Source: Candidatus Marinacidobacterales bacterium (GTDB lineage Bacteria; Acidobacteriota; Vicinamibacteria; Marinacidobacterales; SMYC01). Taken from it: DNA of 64,000 nucleotides. The DNA is taken from the NCBI GenBank assembly GCA_965237955.1, contig OZ250169.1:4448001-4512000 (forward strand). Direction: 5' to 3'. Below are positions 8,447 through 18,117 of this stretch, one piece after another (position 1 is the stretch's first letter; each line of letters opens with the position of its first letter). The notes under the pieces were generated by a model. The model worked only from the letters and a program-made list of their open reading frames with translations, searched no databases and had not been told where the DNA came from. The position numbers were made by a program, and so were the translations under genes.

Positions 8447-9622
8447 TCAGGCCCAGGTTCCTGCTTCATCGAGGAGCGTTTCACTTCGGCGTATACCGAA
8501 GCCAGAGCGCTCCTCTCCACAGGCTTGAGGTCCGGTTGAGCTCACCGTACTAAAAAGATTCAGCGCTGCGTTCAAGTCTCGATCTCTTTCCGAACCACAC
8601 TCCTCGCATCGAAACTGGCGCTCTGTCAAAGTCAGATCTTTGTTGAGCACGCCGCACTCACAGCACGTTTTCGAAGACGCGAACCAACGGTCGCACACCT
8701 CGACGTGATTGCCGCGAAGCTCCGCCTTGTAGTGGAGCTGGCGGCGAAACTCGTGAAAGCCCATGTCCGCAATCGCTCGCGCCAGGCGCCGATTCGCCAG
8801 CATGCCCTTTACGTTCAGATCCTCAATCGCTATGCCCGCATAGTTTTTCGTCAAGTAGGTCGTGAGTTTATGCAGTGCGTCTTGGCGAACGCAGCGGATT
8901 CTGTAGTGTAGCCGCGCCAGAGCCACACGAGCCTTCTCGCGATTCTTGGTCCCTTTCTGTTTGCGCGACACGCGGCGAGACAAGCGCCTCAGCTTGGAAA
9001 GCTCTCGTCTCAGCGGCTTCGGTCCCGCGATCTGCTCCCCAGTAGACAACGTTGCCAGCCGCAGCACACCCACCGCTGCTTGGCTCTCGCAACGTTCCGG
9101 TGTCTCCTCGAGCTCTACCGATAGGCTCACAAACCACTTGTCCGCCGTTCGAGAAACGACCGCCGAGACCAGCTTGCCTCGAAACCGAAGCTCCTCCCGC
9201 ATCCGTACCCACCCGAGCTTCGGGATCCAAACGCGCTTGCCCGCGAGCTTCACGTGATCGTTGCCAACATAGAAACTGTCGTGCACCCCCTTCCTCTTGA
9301 ACCGTGGATAGCGTGCCCTCTTGGCGAAAAAGTTCCGGAACGCCGACTGGAGATGAAGAAACGGTTGCTGGGCTGCATACTTCGTGACTTCAAACACCCA
9401 AGGAAACTCCTCGCCCTTGATGGCGTTGAACTGTTTCTTGAGAGCCAATCCCGAGGGTTGACCGCCCGCTTCGTATTCTTGCCGCCAGCGCTCGAGAGCC
9501 CAATTCCACACGAAGCGAGCAACACCACAGGCGCACCGTAGGTAGACTTGTTGTTGCGGTGTAGGATCGAGATGTATCTTGTGGCTGAGTGTCGTTGGAC
9601 GTGTGCGGTGCAGCGCTTTCAC
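8447..9622 (-). CDS. tnpB: TnpB RNA-guided nuclease homolog lacking the RuvC-I Asp
   Basis: HTH ARFVWNWAL, YPRFKRKG, IAIEDLNV (RuvC-II), CCECG/CEECG Zn finger, DRDLNAALNL (RuvC-III); RuvC-I reads VGVLRLATLS with no Asp. Confidence 0.92.
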   Translation of the reverse strand: MKALHRTRPTTLSHKIHLDPTPQQQVYLRCACGVARFVWNWALERWRQEYEAGGQPSGLALKKQFNAIKGEEFPWVFEVTKYAAQQPFLHLQSAFRNFFAKRARYPRFKRKGVHDSFYVGNDHVKLAGKRVWIPKLGWVRMREELRFRGKLVSAVVSRTADKWFVSLSVELEETPERCESQAAVGVLRLATLSTGEQIAGPKPLRRELSKLRRLSRRVSRKQKGTKNREKARVALARLHYRIRCVRQDALHKLTTYLTKNYAGIAIEDLNVKGMLANRRLARAIADMGFHEFRRQLHYKAELRGNHVEVCDRWFASSKTCCECGVLNKDLTLTERQFRCEECGSERDRDLNAALNLFSTVSSTGPQACGEERSGFGIRRSETLLDEAGTWA

Positions 9623-9628
9623 GGGATG

Positions 9629-9657
9629 AGTATAAGTAAATGTTAGGAGTATGTCAA
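9629..9657 (-). promoter_or_regulatory. Sigma-70 promoter in the IS607 left end driving tnpB (probably leaderless)
   Basis: TTGACA-17 nt-TATACT on the minus strand, 6 nt before the GTG start at 9622. Confidence 0.75.
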
Positions 9658-10160
9658 GAGATCAAATCTAATCAATCTGATATAAATAGATAGAAACATT
9701 AGCCCCAAGACGAGCTGGCAGATGCGGATGGACGATGATGGCGAGCCTTCGGGAACGGCCGGCAAGCCCATCCTGAATGTGCTGCAGCACAAGAACGTCG
9801 GCGACATTTTGCTGGTCGTCGCGCGCTATTTCGGGGGCACGAAGCTCGGTGCCGGTGGTCTCGTGCGCGCGTACTCGTCGAGCGCGAGCGGGGTGATGGA
9901 ATGCCTCGAGGTCGTCACCAACACGCCGCTACGAGAGGCCCGGCTGAGACTCGACTATGCCGAGGAGCAACCTGTCCGAAGACTTCTGGAGGAGCTCGAG
10001 GTCACCGTAGGCTCGTCGACGTACGGCGAGCACGTGGAGCTTCTGATTCGTTTCGCCGAGGATCGTTCGCAGGTGCTCGAAGACGCTCTCGCCGAGCGCA
10101 CGAGTGGGCGCGTGAAACTCGTTGCGATATAGTTTCGGTCCGTAAGCAACAGGAGAACCC

Positions 10161-10679
10161 ATGAAGAACTATCTCCCTTTTCTATTCGCGCTCGGCACCG
10201 CTCTCTGCTGGGGTCTTTACGGTCCGACTCTCGGTAAAGCGCGCCTCGTCGACGCCGATCTCTCCCCGTTCAAGCCCTACGTGGGCATCGGGTTCGCCTA
10301 TCTCGTCATCGCGATCGCGGGTGGAATGATCGGGATGTGGTACAAGGGCGACAGTTTTTCGCCGTCCGGTGCTTCGGGTCTGTGGGGCCTCGCAGCAGGA
10401 ACGCTCGGGGCGCTCGGGGCGTTCAGCCTCACGTTGTGCATGTTCAGCGGCGGGGCGCGCATCCCTCATGCGGTCATGCCCGTCGTCTTCGGCGGCGCGG
10501 TCACGATCACTGCTATCTACACGATTCTCGCCTCCGGCGGGCGGCTCCACGCGAGCCGATTGTTGTGGGTCGGCATCGCCGGTATGCTGATCTCGATCGT
10601 CATTATTACGATGAACACGCCACACGCTCCGCCAACGTCGTCGACTCAATCAACCCCCGAAGCTGGACCATCCCCTTGA
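10161..10679 (+). CDS. Hypothetical integral membrane protein (DMT-like)
   Basis: AGGAGA RBS, about five TM helices, CWGLYGP motif. Confidence 0.7.
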   Translation: MKNYLPFLFALGTALCWGLYGPTLGKARLVDADLSPFKPYVGIGFAYLVIAIAGGMIGMWYKGDSFSPSGASGLWGLAAGTLGALGAFSLTLCMFSGGARIPHAVMPVVFGGAVTITAIYTILASGGRLHASRLLWVGIAGMLISIVIITMNTPHAPPTSSTQSTPEAGPSP

Positions 10680-11323
10680 CCGAGCCGCGCTACCTGTACT
10701 GCTGGTTCGATACCGAGTACACGACTCTCGAGCTCGAGCGGGCCAAGCTTCTCCAAGTCGCGCTCGTGGTGTCGGACGACCGGCTGAATCCGATCGCGTA
10801 CAAGCCGGACGGCGTCCCTCCCGAGCTCCTGAGAAACGACGGGTTTTCGGCATGCCTCGAGCTGCCACCCCGGGAAGAGATTTCGGACCACGTGTTGGAG
10901 CACTACCAGCCGTTGCTCGAGATGTGCGAGCGAGAAGGCCGAACCGTCGAGGAAGTCGATGCGTACCTGTCGCGCTACCTCGACGGTTTTCCGGAGACCC
11001 GCGACGAGGACATCCGCGTGCGCCCGACTCTCGCCGGCAACAGCATCTATGCCGACTATTTTCTCGCACGCAAGTTTCTTCCTCGGTTTCTGTCCCACTT
11101 GAACTATCGGCTCTTCGACGTCACCACGCTGAAGCTCGAGTGGCTCTTCCACCACCGTGGTCCGAGATTCGAAAAGCTCGGCTATCCCGAGAATATCCGA
11201 AAGTACTACCGCGGCAAGGACAAGATCGCGGGCGACAAACACGACGCCTACTACGATGTCCAAGCGTCAATGGCAGAGCTCGCTTACTACCGATCGCAAT
11301 TCGAAAGAATCGAAGAGGACTGA
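10676..11323 (+). CDS. orn: Oligoribonuclease-like DEDDh 3'-5' exonuclease
   Basis: WFDTEYTTL, LAGNSI, LNYRLFDVTTLK, HDAYYD; TTG start overlapping the upstream stop. Confidence 0.75.
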   Translation: MTEPRYLYCWFDTEYTTLELERAKLLQVALVVSDDRLNPIAYKPDGVPPELLRNDGFSACLELPPREEISDHVLEHYQPLLEMCEREGRTVEEVDAYLSRYLDGFPETRDEDIRVRPTLAGNSIYADYFLARKFLPRFLSHLNYRLFDVTTLKLEWLFHHRGPRFEKLGYPENIRKYYRGKDKIAGDKHDAYYDVQASMAELAYYRSQFERIEED

Positions 11324-11331
11324 GGATTAAC

Positions 11332-12718
11332 ATGAACTTCGTCGAGGCGCCGAGCGAGGCGTCCATACCGCTTCGCCCGCTACGGCGGGACGAGCTGACC
11401 ACGTGGCTTGCCGACCAGCCCGAAAGCGTAACCCGCTGGGTCGTATCGACCGGCTTCGAAGCCAAGCCGGGTACGACGTGTCTCGTGCCCGGAAACGACG
11501 GCGCCATCCGCGAGGTCCTCGCGGGCGTCGGCGAGACGTTATGGGATTGGGCGGGCCTTCCTATTGAGCTTCCCACGCACGCGTATCATGTCGTCGGCGA
11601 GCTTACCGACGGGCAAGCAAACCACGCCGCACTCGGGTGGGCGCTCGGAACGTATCGATTCGATCGCCTCAAACAAAGTGAAGACAAAAGCCACGCCGTG
11701 TTGGCATGGCCGGAGGGTTGCGACCGACAGAAGGTCGCCTCCGCCGCACGCGCGACGTTCCTCGTCCGGGATCTAATCAACGCACCCGCGTCGGACATGG
11801 GTCCGGCGGACCTCGCGGAATCGGGCAACAAAACGGCTGAAGCTCACGGCGCGACCGTTCGGCTCCTCGTCGGGGCCGAGCTCCTCGAGAAGGGTTTTCC
11901 CGCCGTTCATGCGGTCGGCCGTGCCGCCGCGCCTGAGCGCGCGCCTCGTCTCATCGACCTCACCTGGGGTGAGCCATCGCATCCGAAAGTCCACTCTCGT
12001 CGGTAAAGGCGTCTGTTTCGACAGCGGCGGGCTCGATCTCAAGTCGGCGGCGCACATGAAGCTGATGAAGAAGGACATGGGCGGTGGCGCACACGTCCTC
12101 GGTGTCGCGAGCATGATCATGGACGCCAAGTTGCCGGTACGCCTGCGGGTCATCATTCCCGCGGTCGAGAACAGCGTCTCCGGTTCAGCGCTTCGCCCGC
12201 TCGACGTCGTCCCCACGCGGAAAGGTACGACCATCGAGATCGGCAACACCGACGCCGAAGGCCGGGTGATCCTCGCCGACGCACTCACCGAAGCGTCGGG
12301 GGATGCGCCCGAGCTTCTCGTCGACTTCGCGACTCTAACCGGCGCTGCGCGCATCGCCTTGGGCGCCGAGCTTCCCGCGCTCTACTCGAGCGACGACGAA
12401 ACAGCAGCGGCACTTCTCGTCCACGGCGAGCGAGAATCCGATCCTCTGTGGCGGATGCCGTTGTACAAACCTTATCGGAAGCTCATCGACGGAAAAGTCG
12501 CCGACATCACCAACTCTGCAGACACTCCACTCGGCGGTTCGATCAATGCCGCACTGTTTCTTCAGGAGTTCGTCGAGCCCGACATCCCTTGGGTCCACAT
12601 CGACGTCATGGCCTGGAACACGAGCTCTCGTCCGGGACGCCCCGAGGGTGGAGAAGCGATGGGAATGCGCGCGGTCTACGCCCTGATTAGCGAGAAGTTT
12701 GGCGAGAAGTTTTCTTGA
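11332..12718 (+). pseudogene. M17 leucyl aminopeptidase with an apparent 1-nt insertion near 11991
   Basis: LVGKGVCFDSGG, MKKDMGG, NTDAEGR motifs; N- and C-halves in different frames (…ccgaaagtc-c-actctc…). Confidence 0.85.
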
Positions 12719-13970
12719 ACATCGACTTCAACCGCGACACCACGCCCGGCTCTTGAAGCTTTTGTCGCGCCCGCTCGTGATTGGGCTCGAGCGATAGAAC
12801 TTTCTCGAACGCGGCCCTCGCTTCCGGCTCGCGACCTTCCTGCTCGTAGACCTCTCCGAGCAGGTAGTACGTTTTGTCGTCGTATTCGTCGAGACTCGTG
12901 GCCTGTTCGAGGTGCTCGATGGCCGAGCTTCTCCACTTCGGGTTGCGCGCGTATGCTTGGCCCAGAAGCTGATGGTGCGACGCTTGGGTACCGTCGAGCC
13001 GGACCGCTTCCATCAATGCGCCTATAGCCTCGTGATACTTCCGTCGCGAAAAGAGTCGCCGACCTTCCTGGTAGCGCTGCTCCGCGGCCTCGCGTTTGTC
13101 TTCCGCCGACGTCTCCTTGTGGGACTCCGGAGCTCGAGCATCGGCGGGTTCCGTCTCGGCCACTCGTGGCGGCGGGACTGTCAGTAGCGGCGCCGGCGGC
13201 GTCTCAGGAATTGGTTTGTGTACTTCGAGGGGCTCGGGCTTCGCCTCAACGACGCCGATAGCCAAAAGCGCACAAATACTTCTGAGCGTCTCGACTTCGC
13301 CCAAGGGCGAGACCGACAGAATGTCCAGGATGTTGGTTCGCCCGTCCACGCGCGACAGCACGAAGCCTTCTGCTGCATTCACGTTGGCACTCTCGCTCGT
13401 CGACCCCGCATGCAGGTAGTCGGTCATGGCACCGACACCGATTTGAAGCGCAATGGGATCCTCCATCGATCGGATCCCGTCGACGATGATCTCGCGCATC
13501 GGGAGATCGAGAGTCAGATCCTGTTCCACCGGGTCTTCGGTCTCTTCGAAACGGTATTGTCCTCGATCGAGCGAGAACAAGAACGTGACGATCGACCGCA
13601 CTTGACGTTCGACGGCCGCGAGAAGCTCGTCTTCGCTCAGCGCCTCGAGATCGATGAGGCATTCACCGAAACGTTTGCCCGAGGATTCCTGTGCTTGACG
13701 CGCCTCTTTGAGCGTCGCCAAATCGACGAGACCTTCGGCACGGAGCAACTGGTCGAGCCGATCTCCGGTTCGATCGGAGCCCGCGAACACGACGGCCCCC
13801 CACTGGAAGCGAACCCGCCGCTCGGAGCCGCACGCGCGGATGTGGAGTGTCCCGGTTCGTCGCTCCTCGTGCAGCTTCCGGATGAGCGCAGGGAGAGTCC
13901 CCAGTCCAAGCTCGCCTTGAACGGCCTCTCGTTGATCCACGGGAACAGAATCCAAAGGGCACCTCTCCAC
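12687..13970 (-). CDS. DUF4388 + TPR protein
   Basis: RRTGTLHI, RLDQLL, KRFGECLI, EGFVLSRVDG; C-terminal TPRs. Confidence 0.8.
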   Translation of the reverse strand: MERCPLDSVPVDQREAVQGELGLGTLPALIRKLHEERRTGTLHIRACGSERRVRFQWGAVVFAGSDRTGDRLDQLLRAEGLVDLATLKEARQAQESSGKRFGECLIDLEALSEDELLAAVERQVRSIVTFLFSLDRGQYRFEETEDPVEQDLTLDLPMREIIVDGIRSMEDPIALQIGVGAMTDYLHAGSTSESANVNAAEGFVLSRVDGRTNILDILSVSPLGEVETLRSICALLAIGVVEAKPEPLEVHKPIPETPPAPLLTVPPPRVAETEPADARAPESHKETSAEDKREAAEQRYQEGRRLFSRRKYHEAIGALMEAVRLDGTQASHHQLLGQAYARNPKWRSSAIEHLEQATSLDEYDDKTYYLLGEVYEQEGREPEARAAFEKVLSLEPNHERARQKLQEPGVVSRLKSMFKKTSRQTSR

Positions 13971-13981
13971 CCACGAGTTGA

Positions 13982-13997
13982 TGCAAAGAGAACGCCA
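13982..13997 (-). promoter_or_regulatory. Putative sigma-54 promoter
   Basis: Minus strand TGGCGTT-CTCT-TTGCA, GG-N10-GC spacing, just upstream of the DUF4388-TPR gene. Confidence 0.5.
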
Positions 13998-14250
13998 ATC
14001 TTCTGTTGGGCCGAAGCCGTTGCCAGCAAGGAAGTTCTCGGTTTGCCACCTCGACGCGATGTCGGGAATCCCCTACAGCGCGGGTGACGCGTGACGGCGG
14101 GGGAGGCTTAGCGGATGACGCGGGAGAGTCGGAGGAGCTCCGAGGAGCCCCCGGCATGGATGTCAAACGTTTTCTGTGGTTTCGACCGAAGGCTCGCGCG
14201 GACGTGGGTGAAAAAGCCTACGCTTCACGAGCGCGATCGATTCAAAAAGT

Positions 14251-15216
14251 CTACTTCGAGAGGACTTTCGTCAACGTTTCGAGGCTGACTTTCTTGCCGC
14301 TCACGACCAGCACCACGGTCTGATCACGATAGCGCGTGGGATCTTCGAGATAGGCAGCTATCGAAAGCGCCGCCGCTCCTTCGATGAGCGTGTAGTGCTT
14401 GTCGATCATGAAACGCATTGCCTCAGCAATCGCGTCTTCGCCGAGCAGAGCGAACTCGTCCACGACGCGCTGGCAGATAGGAAACGTGATCGCGTCGGGC
14501 TCGAGGCCGCCGGCCGTCCCGTCGGACAGCGTCGGCTCGGAGTCGAGCTCGAGAATCTTGCCGGCTTTGACCGACTCCGCCATGACACGGGATCTCTCCG
14601 GTTGGCACCCCACGACGTGGATGGACGCATCGCGGGCTTTCAGATACCCGGCGATCCCCGCAATCAACCCGCCGCCTCCCACCGGAACGAAGATCGTGTT
14701 GATCGGATCCCCTTGCCGCTCGATCTCGAGCGCAATCGTACCTTGACCACCGATAATCTTCGCGTCGCTGTACGGAGATACGTACGTCCAACCTTCTTCG
14801 GCGGCCGCCTTCTTCGCTACCAGCTCCCCGACAACAGAGTCTTGGCCGACGAAGCGGAGCTCGACGTCATAGGGCGATAGCGCGTCGACTTTGGCCTTCG
14901 CGACGTTCTCGGGAAGATAAATAATGCCTTGACCGCCGAAACCATCGAGCGTGTACGCGACCGCGGCCGCGTGATTTCCCGACGACGCCGTCACCACGGG
15001 CCGGGCTCGATCTTCCGAGCTCAGAGAAAGGATCTTGTTCATCGCACCGCGGAGCTTGAAGGAGCCCGAGAGCTGCTGGTTTTCGAGCTTGAGATAGACG
15101 TCGGCGCCACCGAGCTCGCTCAAAAACGGCGAGTGCTCGAGTGGCGTCTCTCGAACATAGGGTCGGATCGTCGCTTCTGCGGCCTGAACTTCCGCTACGA
15201 TCTCCGCGTCGCGCAT
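14251..15216 (-). CDS. Threonine/serine dehydratase (PLP-dependent)
   Basis: KLENQQLSGSFKLRGA, SSGNH, VGGGGLI. Confidence 0.9.
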   Translation of the reverse strand: MRDAEIVAEVQAAEATIRPYVRETPLEHSPFLSELGGADVYLKLENQQLSGSFKLRGAMNKILSLSSEDRARPVVTASSGNHAAAVAYTLDGFGGQGIIYLPENVAKAKVDALSPYDVELRFVGQDSVVGELVAKKAAAEEGWTYVSPYSDAKIIGGQGTIALEIERQGDPINTIFVPVGGGGLIAGIAGYLKARDASIHVVGCQPERSRVMAESVKAGKILELDSEPTLSDGTAGGLEPDAITFPICQRVVDEFALLGEDAIAEAMRFMIDKHYTLIEGAAALSIAAYLEDPTRYRDQTVVLVVSGKKVSLETLTKVLSK

Positions 15217-15261
15217 GCTCCCTATTCTATAATGTGGGGTTCTACAAAGGAGGCAGACGAC

Positions 15262-16902
15262 GTGTCGAACGCGATTCTCAATGTACCCGAGCCGAAGAAC
15301 GAGCCGGTGTCGAGCTATGCGCCCGGAACTCCGGAGCGGAAGACGCTCCAGGCTCAAATCAAGGATATGCTTGGAAACGAGATCGAGATCCCGATCATCG
15401 TCGGCGGTAAGGAAATCCGTACCGGCGATCTAGGCGATTGCGTGTGCCCGCACGACCACGCGCATGTTCTCGGCCACTACCACAAGGCAACGACCGAAAT
15501 CGTCGAGCAAGCCGCGCAAGCGGCCGCGGATGCGTGGCACGACTGGTCGGTGATGGATTGGCGTGCGCGTGCCAGCGTGTTTCTGAGAATGGCCGAGCTC
15601 CTTGCCGGCAAGTACCGTCCGATCGTCAACGCCGCGACGATGCTTGGTCAGTCCAAGACACCGCACCAGGCCGAGATCGATGCCGCTGCCGAGCTCGTCG
15701 ACTTCTACCGCTTCAACGCGAGTTACTTGCAGGACATCTACTCGGGGCAGCCGCTCTCGGACGAGGGGATGTGGAACTACGTCGAGTACCGTGCCCTCGA
15801 AGGCTTCGTGTTCGCGGTCACCCCGTTCAACTTCACATCGATCGCTGGAAACCTCCCGACGAGCCCCGCCATCATGGGGAACACCGTTTTGTGGAAGCCG
15901 GCGTCGAGCGCAGTCTTTTCCGCGCACTACCTCATGGAGCTTTTCAAAGAAGCCGGCCTTCCCGACGGCGTCGTCAATTTCATCCCGGGCTCGGGCGGTA
16001 AAGTCGGAGCTCCGGTCATGGCGCTTCCCACGCTCGCCGGCATCCACTTCACCGGCTCGACCGAAGTCTTCCAGAGCATGTGGGCCACGGTCGGCAACAA
16101 CATCAAAGACTACAAAGTCTACCCGCGTATCGTAGGCGAGACCGGCGGCAAGAACTACGTCTTCGCTCACCCCTCTGCGAGCGTAGACGCGCTCGTCACG
16201 AATACGCTCCGGGGTGCGTTCGAGTATCAGGGACAGAAGTGCTCCGCCGCTTCGCGCGCGTACATTCCCGAGAGCTTGTGGCCCGAGTTCAAGGATCGGT
16301 TCGTGGCGCAAGTCGACACCATCAAGATGGGCGATGTGACCGACTTTTCCACGTTCATGGGTGCCGTCATCGACAAGGCGGCGTTCGACAGCATCACCGA
16401 GTTCGTCGACTACGCCAAGGACTCCCCCGACGCAGAATTCCTCACCGGTGGAAGCTACGACAGCTCCAAAGGCTATTTCATCGAGCCCACCGCGGTCGTC
16501 ACCGGTGATCCGCACTTCAGGCTCATGGAAGAGGAGATCTTCGGTCCGGTGGTCACGATGTACGTCTATCCCGACGACAAGTTCGAAGAAACCCTCGAGG
16601 TTTGTAACAACACGTCGCCGTACGGGTTGACGGGCGCCATCTTCGCGAACGATCGAGCCGCGATCGAGACCGCATTCCGCGTACTCCGGCACACCGCGGG
16701 TAACTTCTACATCAACGACAAACCCACCGGCGCCGTCGTCGGTCAGCAGCCGTTCGGGGGTAGCCGTGCATCGGGAACCAACGACAAGGCAGGCTCCGCG
16801 GGCAACTTGATGCGATGGACGAGCATGCGCACCGTGAAAGAGACTTTCGTACCGGCGACCGACTATCGTTATCCGTACATGGGAGGGTTCGAAATCAAGT
16901 GA
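15262..16902 (+). CDS. pruA: 1-pyrroline-5-carboxylate (L-glutamate gamma-semialdehyde) dehydrogenase
   Basis: PFNFTSIAGN, FTGST, GETGGKN, EYQGQKCSA, EEIFGP; AGGAGG RBS. Confidence 0.93.
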   Translation: MSNAILNVPEPKNEPVSSYAPGTPERKTLQAQIKDMLGNEIEIPIIVGGKEIRTGDLGDCVCPHDHAHVLGHYHKATTEIVEQAAQAAADAWHDWSVMDWRARASVFLRMAELLAGKYRPIVNAATMLGQSKTPHQAEIDAAAELVDFYRFNASYLQDIYSGQPLSDEGMWNYVEYRALEGFVFAVTPFNFTSIAGNLPTSPAIMGNTVLWKPASSAVFSAHYLMELFKEAGLPDGVVNFIPGSGGKVGAPVMALPTLAGIHFTGSTEVFQSMWATVGNNIKDYKVYPRIVGETGGKNYVFAHPSASVDALVTNTLRGAFEYQGQKCSAASRAYIPESLWPEFKDRFVAQVDTIKMGDVTDFSTFMGAVIDKAAFDSITEFVDYAKDSPDAEFLTGGSYDSSKGYFIEPTAVVTGDPHFRLMEEEIFGPVVTMYVYPDDKFEETLEVCNNTSPYGLTGAIFANDRAAIETAFRVLRHTAGNFYINDKPTGAVVGQQPFGGSRASGTNDKAGSAGNLMRWTSMRTVKETFVPATDYRYPYMGGFEIK

Positions 16903-18117
16903 CGAGCTGGCGTTTTTGGAACTCGGGGCGGCGGAAGGCTTCGGCCTCGAGAATCTCTCTCAGTATCTCGACTCCGTCCCAAACGTCGGTGAAGCGGAGA
17001 TAGAGCGGGGTAAAGCCGAAACGGAGGACGTCGGGCGCTCGAAAGTCGCCGATCACGCCGCGGGCGATGAGCGCCTGCATGATCGGGTAGCTCTCGGCAT
17101 GATGGAGCGAGACTTGAGAGCCGCGCTTTTCGCTGTCTCGCGGACATGCGGGGCTCAGCCCCAAGCCGTTGCACTGCTCGTCGACGAGCTGAAGAAACAG
17201 GTCGCCCATGCGCTGTGACTTCTCGCGCACGCGGCTGAGATCGGCGCGCGTCAGGATCTCGACGCCGACTTCGAGCGCGGCCATTGCGAGGACGGACGGC
17301 GTGCCGCAGAGCTGGCGCTCGATGCCCGGCGCCGGACGGTAGTCGGTATCGAACGCGAACGGGGCCTCGTGTCCCATCCAACCACTCAGCGGTGGGTGGA
17401 TGTTGTTTTGATGTCGTTCGGCGACGAAGAGATACGCCGGAGCTCCCGGGCCTCCGTTGAGATATTTGTAACCACAGCCGACCGCGAAATCCGCATTCGC
17501 TTCGTCGAGATGCACCGGGACAGCTCCGGCGCTGTGGCTCAGATCCCAAAGCACGGTAGCGCCCTCACCGTGATTCCGGCCATGTCGTGAAGTTCACCGC
17601 TTCGGAAATCGACGTGTGTCAGCAACACCACCGCTACGTCGGCATCGATGGCCGCTTCGAGCTCCGAGCGCTCCACCAGGCGAAGCTCGTGGGTTCCGAG
17701 AAGCTCGACGAGACCTTGAGCGATATAGAGGTCGGTCGGAAAATTCTCTTTCTCAGAAACGACGACGCGGCGCTCGGGAGCGAGCTTGACGCCCGCTGCG
17801 AGAAGCTTGAACAGATTGACCGACGTCGTGTCGGCGGCGACGACTTCCCCGGGCTTGGCGCCGATGAGAGATGCAATTTGGTCACCGACCCGCCGCGGGT
17901 AGTGAATCCACCCGTGCGCGTTCCAGCTCCGAATGAGGTCCCGGCCCCACTCATCCTCCACGAGCTTGCGCACCCGTTCAGGCGTTTTCCTCGGAAGAGC
18001 TCCGAGCGAGTTGCCATCGAAGTAGACGATGTCGTCGGGCACATGAAACTCGTCGCGGAAGGACCGAAGCGGATCGGTCGCATCCCAGGACTCGACATCA
18101 GCGCGTGCAACCGTCAT
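16895..18117 (-). pseudogene. kynU: Kynureninase, frame broken near 17560
   Basis: YFDGNSLG, NFPTDLY in one frame; WDLSHSAG, GCGYKYLNGGPG in another; junction looks shorter than homologs. Confidence 0.88.

Larger units (their letters stand above)
8419..9702 (-). mobile_element. Non-autonomous IS607-family element (tnpB only)
   Basis: No TSD; shared GG core at both junctions; AAATCTGATC-like direct repeats at both ends; right end ...TTTTGGAGAGCGG on the minus strand. Confidence 0.85.
8242..10132 (+). pseudogene. yigZ: YigZ/IMPACT family protein split by an IS607 insertion (plus an apparent 1-nt insertion near 8260)
   Basis: N-part EIKKSRFIG...ATHHCWAYVLGN and C-part PKTSWQMRMDDDGEPSGTAGKPIL...RYFGGTKLGAGGLVRAY join in frame when 8419-9702 is removed. 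Confidence 0.9.

Noticed and set aside
8419-9702. IStron (group I intron-IS607 chimera) that would splice out of yigZ
   Set aside because: The element is antisense to yigZ, and the ~80-bp left end leaves no room for a group I intron core
14020-14250. c-di-GMP-I riboswitch suggested by GGCAAAC on the minus strand
   Set aside because: The downstream GAAA tetraloop and GCAAA elements are not in the expected arrangement
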